Positions 62,627 to 64,000 of a DNA stretch of 64,000 bases are shown here, one piece after another. The translations under genes were made by a program, and so were the position numbers. Below the pieces are notes generated by a model that ran no database searches, was not told where the DNA came from, and was given only the letters and a program-made list of their open reading frames with translations. Every line of letters begins with the position of its first letter. The first letter of the stretch is position 1. This stretch comes from Carcharhinus amblyrhynchos (lineage: Eukaryota). The stretch is taken from contig OZ336870.1 in the NCBI GenBank assembly GCA_965287045.1, positions 119,722,001-119,786,000 of the forward strand, given 5' to 3'.

Positions 62627-64000
62627 AATTACATTAATCATGCTGGCATAGTGAAGAAGTTGGGAATCATTAATGGCAGAGACCAGGAAACATCCAAGTC
62701 TCCAACTTTTTGGCTCACCTATATTGTGCAGGATAAAAAGCTCCAGGAAGAGAGGAAAATTGACATACACAGTATACTAGTGACACTGCATACTGAGTAA
62801 TAGAAAATACATGGTTTTAACAGAGATTAGATGGGACACGATAGTTATTTTCTTAAAATTAAGTATACACATGATAAATAGGGTTTACATAAAACAAGAA
62901 TTCACAGTTTTCGAACTAGGGAATGTATTTAATTGTGCAAAATATTGAATTATATTTTGCTTTATTACATTTCACTGATTGACGTTATGTAGTGCCTTTA
63001 ACTTTAAGGCATCACCTTTATAAAATGTCCAAGATTATCTGCTATTCAAATATCATTTAGTTTCAGGAGAACGTCTGTGGGATACTCAGTCAAAATAGAA
63101 TGTATTTTTTAAAATAGTTGCTCTTTTTTGCCATGACTATTGATAAGTAACACATTTATATTTTAGATTCCTGAAGCCATCTCTTCTGCATCCTGTTTTA
63201 TTTTTAATCAAACTGACAACTGTGAAATAGAATGCGACTTATTCTCATACTATATTTTGTAAATTAGGGCTTGCTGTGTTTGAAGAAAATCTGAGAATGA
63301 GTGATGTAAAAATGTTGTAAATTACCTAGGCACTTCAATCAGGTGCAGAAATTTCACCCGTCACAAGATCCAGCAGGAACGGCACACTAACAATGGGGAT
63401 GGAATTTGGCAGGTTTTGCGCAGATCCAAAAAGATTCTCAATTGCCTAGTTGTTGCATAATCATGGCACATTTCAGGGATGTGTAATTTTAATGTGACAA
63501 TTATGTGATAGAGCAAATGAGATACATTTGATGGAATGGTGAGGCCTTCTGCCATGACTTCAGTTCAGGCAAATTGGACAATCGCTTGGAATTCTTAACA
63601 TGAACATAAGAAAGCGAGGAACAAAGACCGTTTGTATGTTTGAGACCAAGTACAATTTGTTTCGTTTTTGATTTTACCCAAGACATTTTGTGTGCTAAGA
63701 ACATAAGTCCTTAGAGTTTCTTAACCAGAAAGTTAAATGGAGTGGCAAATTTCTTATCTTTGACCAGTTGCCACCTTAGGCATGACATTGCCATGGTCCC
63801 AATGGCTTATAAATTATTATATTCCAGCTAATGTTTGGTCATCACTACCTATAGTTATAATTTAACTAATAATTTTGTTTTAACCAAGTATCTGTTTCAC
63901 TGTGTTCAAAGGTGGTAACTAATAGCGTTATTCAAGTTGCTGGGAGGTTTTCCTCTCGGAGACTGATTGGAGAACATCTCTAAATTCAAGCAATTACGCA

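Larger units (their letters stand above)
1..64000 (-). other. ANK2: Window probably entirely within the ANK2 transcription unit (introns 32950-39239 and 25545-32850, plus long flanking introns)
   Basis: Exon order is colinear with ANK2; the upstream first exon and the downstream NGFTPLYMAAQEN exon were not found, implying long introns running beyond both window ends. Confidence 0.75.

Noticed and set aside
1-64000. CRISPR arrays, operons or prokaryotic defence systems
   Set aside because: The sequence is vertebrate intronic DNA; no regularly spaced repeats or dense gene content were seen

Overview
Eukaryotic, repeat-rich vertebrate DNA, almost certainly from a shark or other elasmobranch (HE1/V-SINEs, Deu-type SINE, CR1/L2 LINEs, Penelope elements, Harbinger-like DNA elements). 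The window appears to lie inside an ankyrin-2 (ANK2/ankyrin-B) gene on the minus strand. Three phase-0 coding exons of the N-terminal ankyrin repeats are visible: 39240-39341, 32851-32949 and 25446-25544, the last with a GC splice donor. Neither the first exon nor the next downstream exon was found. The rest is intron, mostly decayed transposons, and nearly all ORF-track entries are spurious or transposon-derived. I cannot confirm a new biological system here. The best leads are RNA-level: a candidate 29-nt microexon that is in frame only with a +4 GT donor next to the GC donor; other candidate microexons; a 47-bp long-range inverted repeat whose mismatches are mostly G-U wobbles on the ANK2 sense strand; and fold-back Penelope-derived elements with ~13-bp target duplications and degenerate minimal hammerhead ribozymes, including a U3-A8 core variant. 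Exon, TSD and hairpin coordinates were counted by base; most other repeat boundaries are approximate and family names come from recalled consensus sequences, not database searches.
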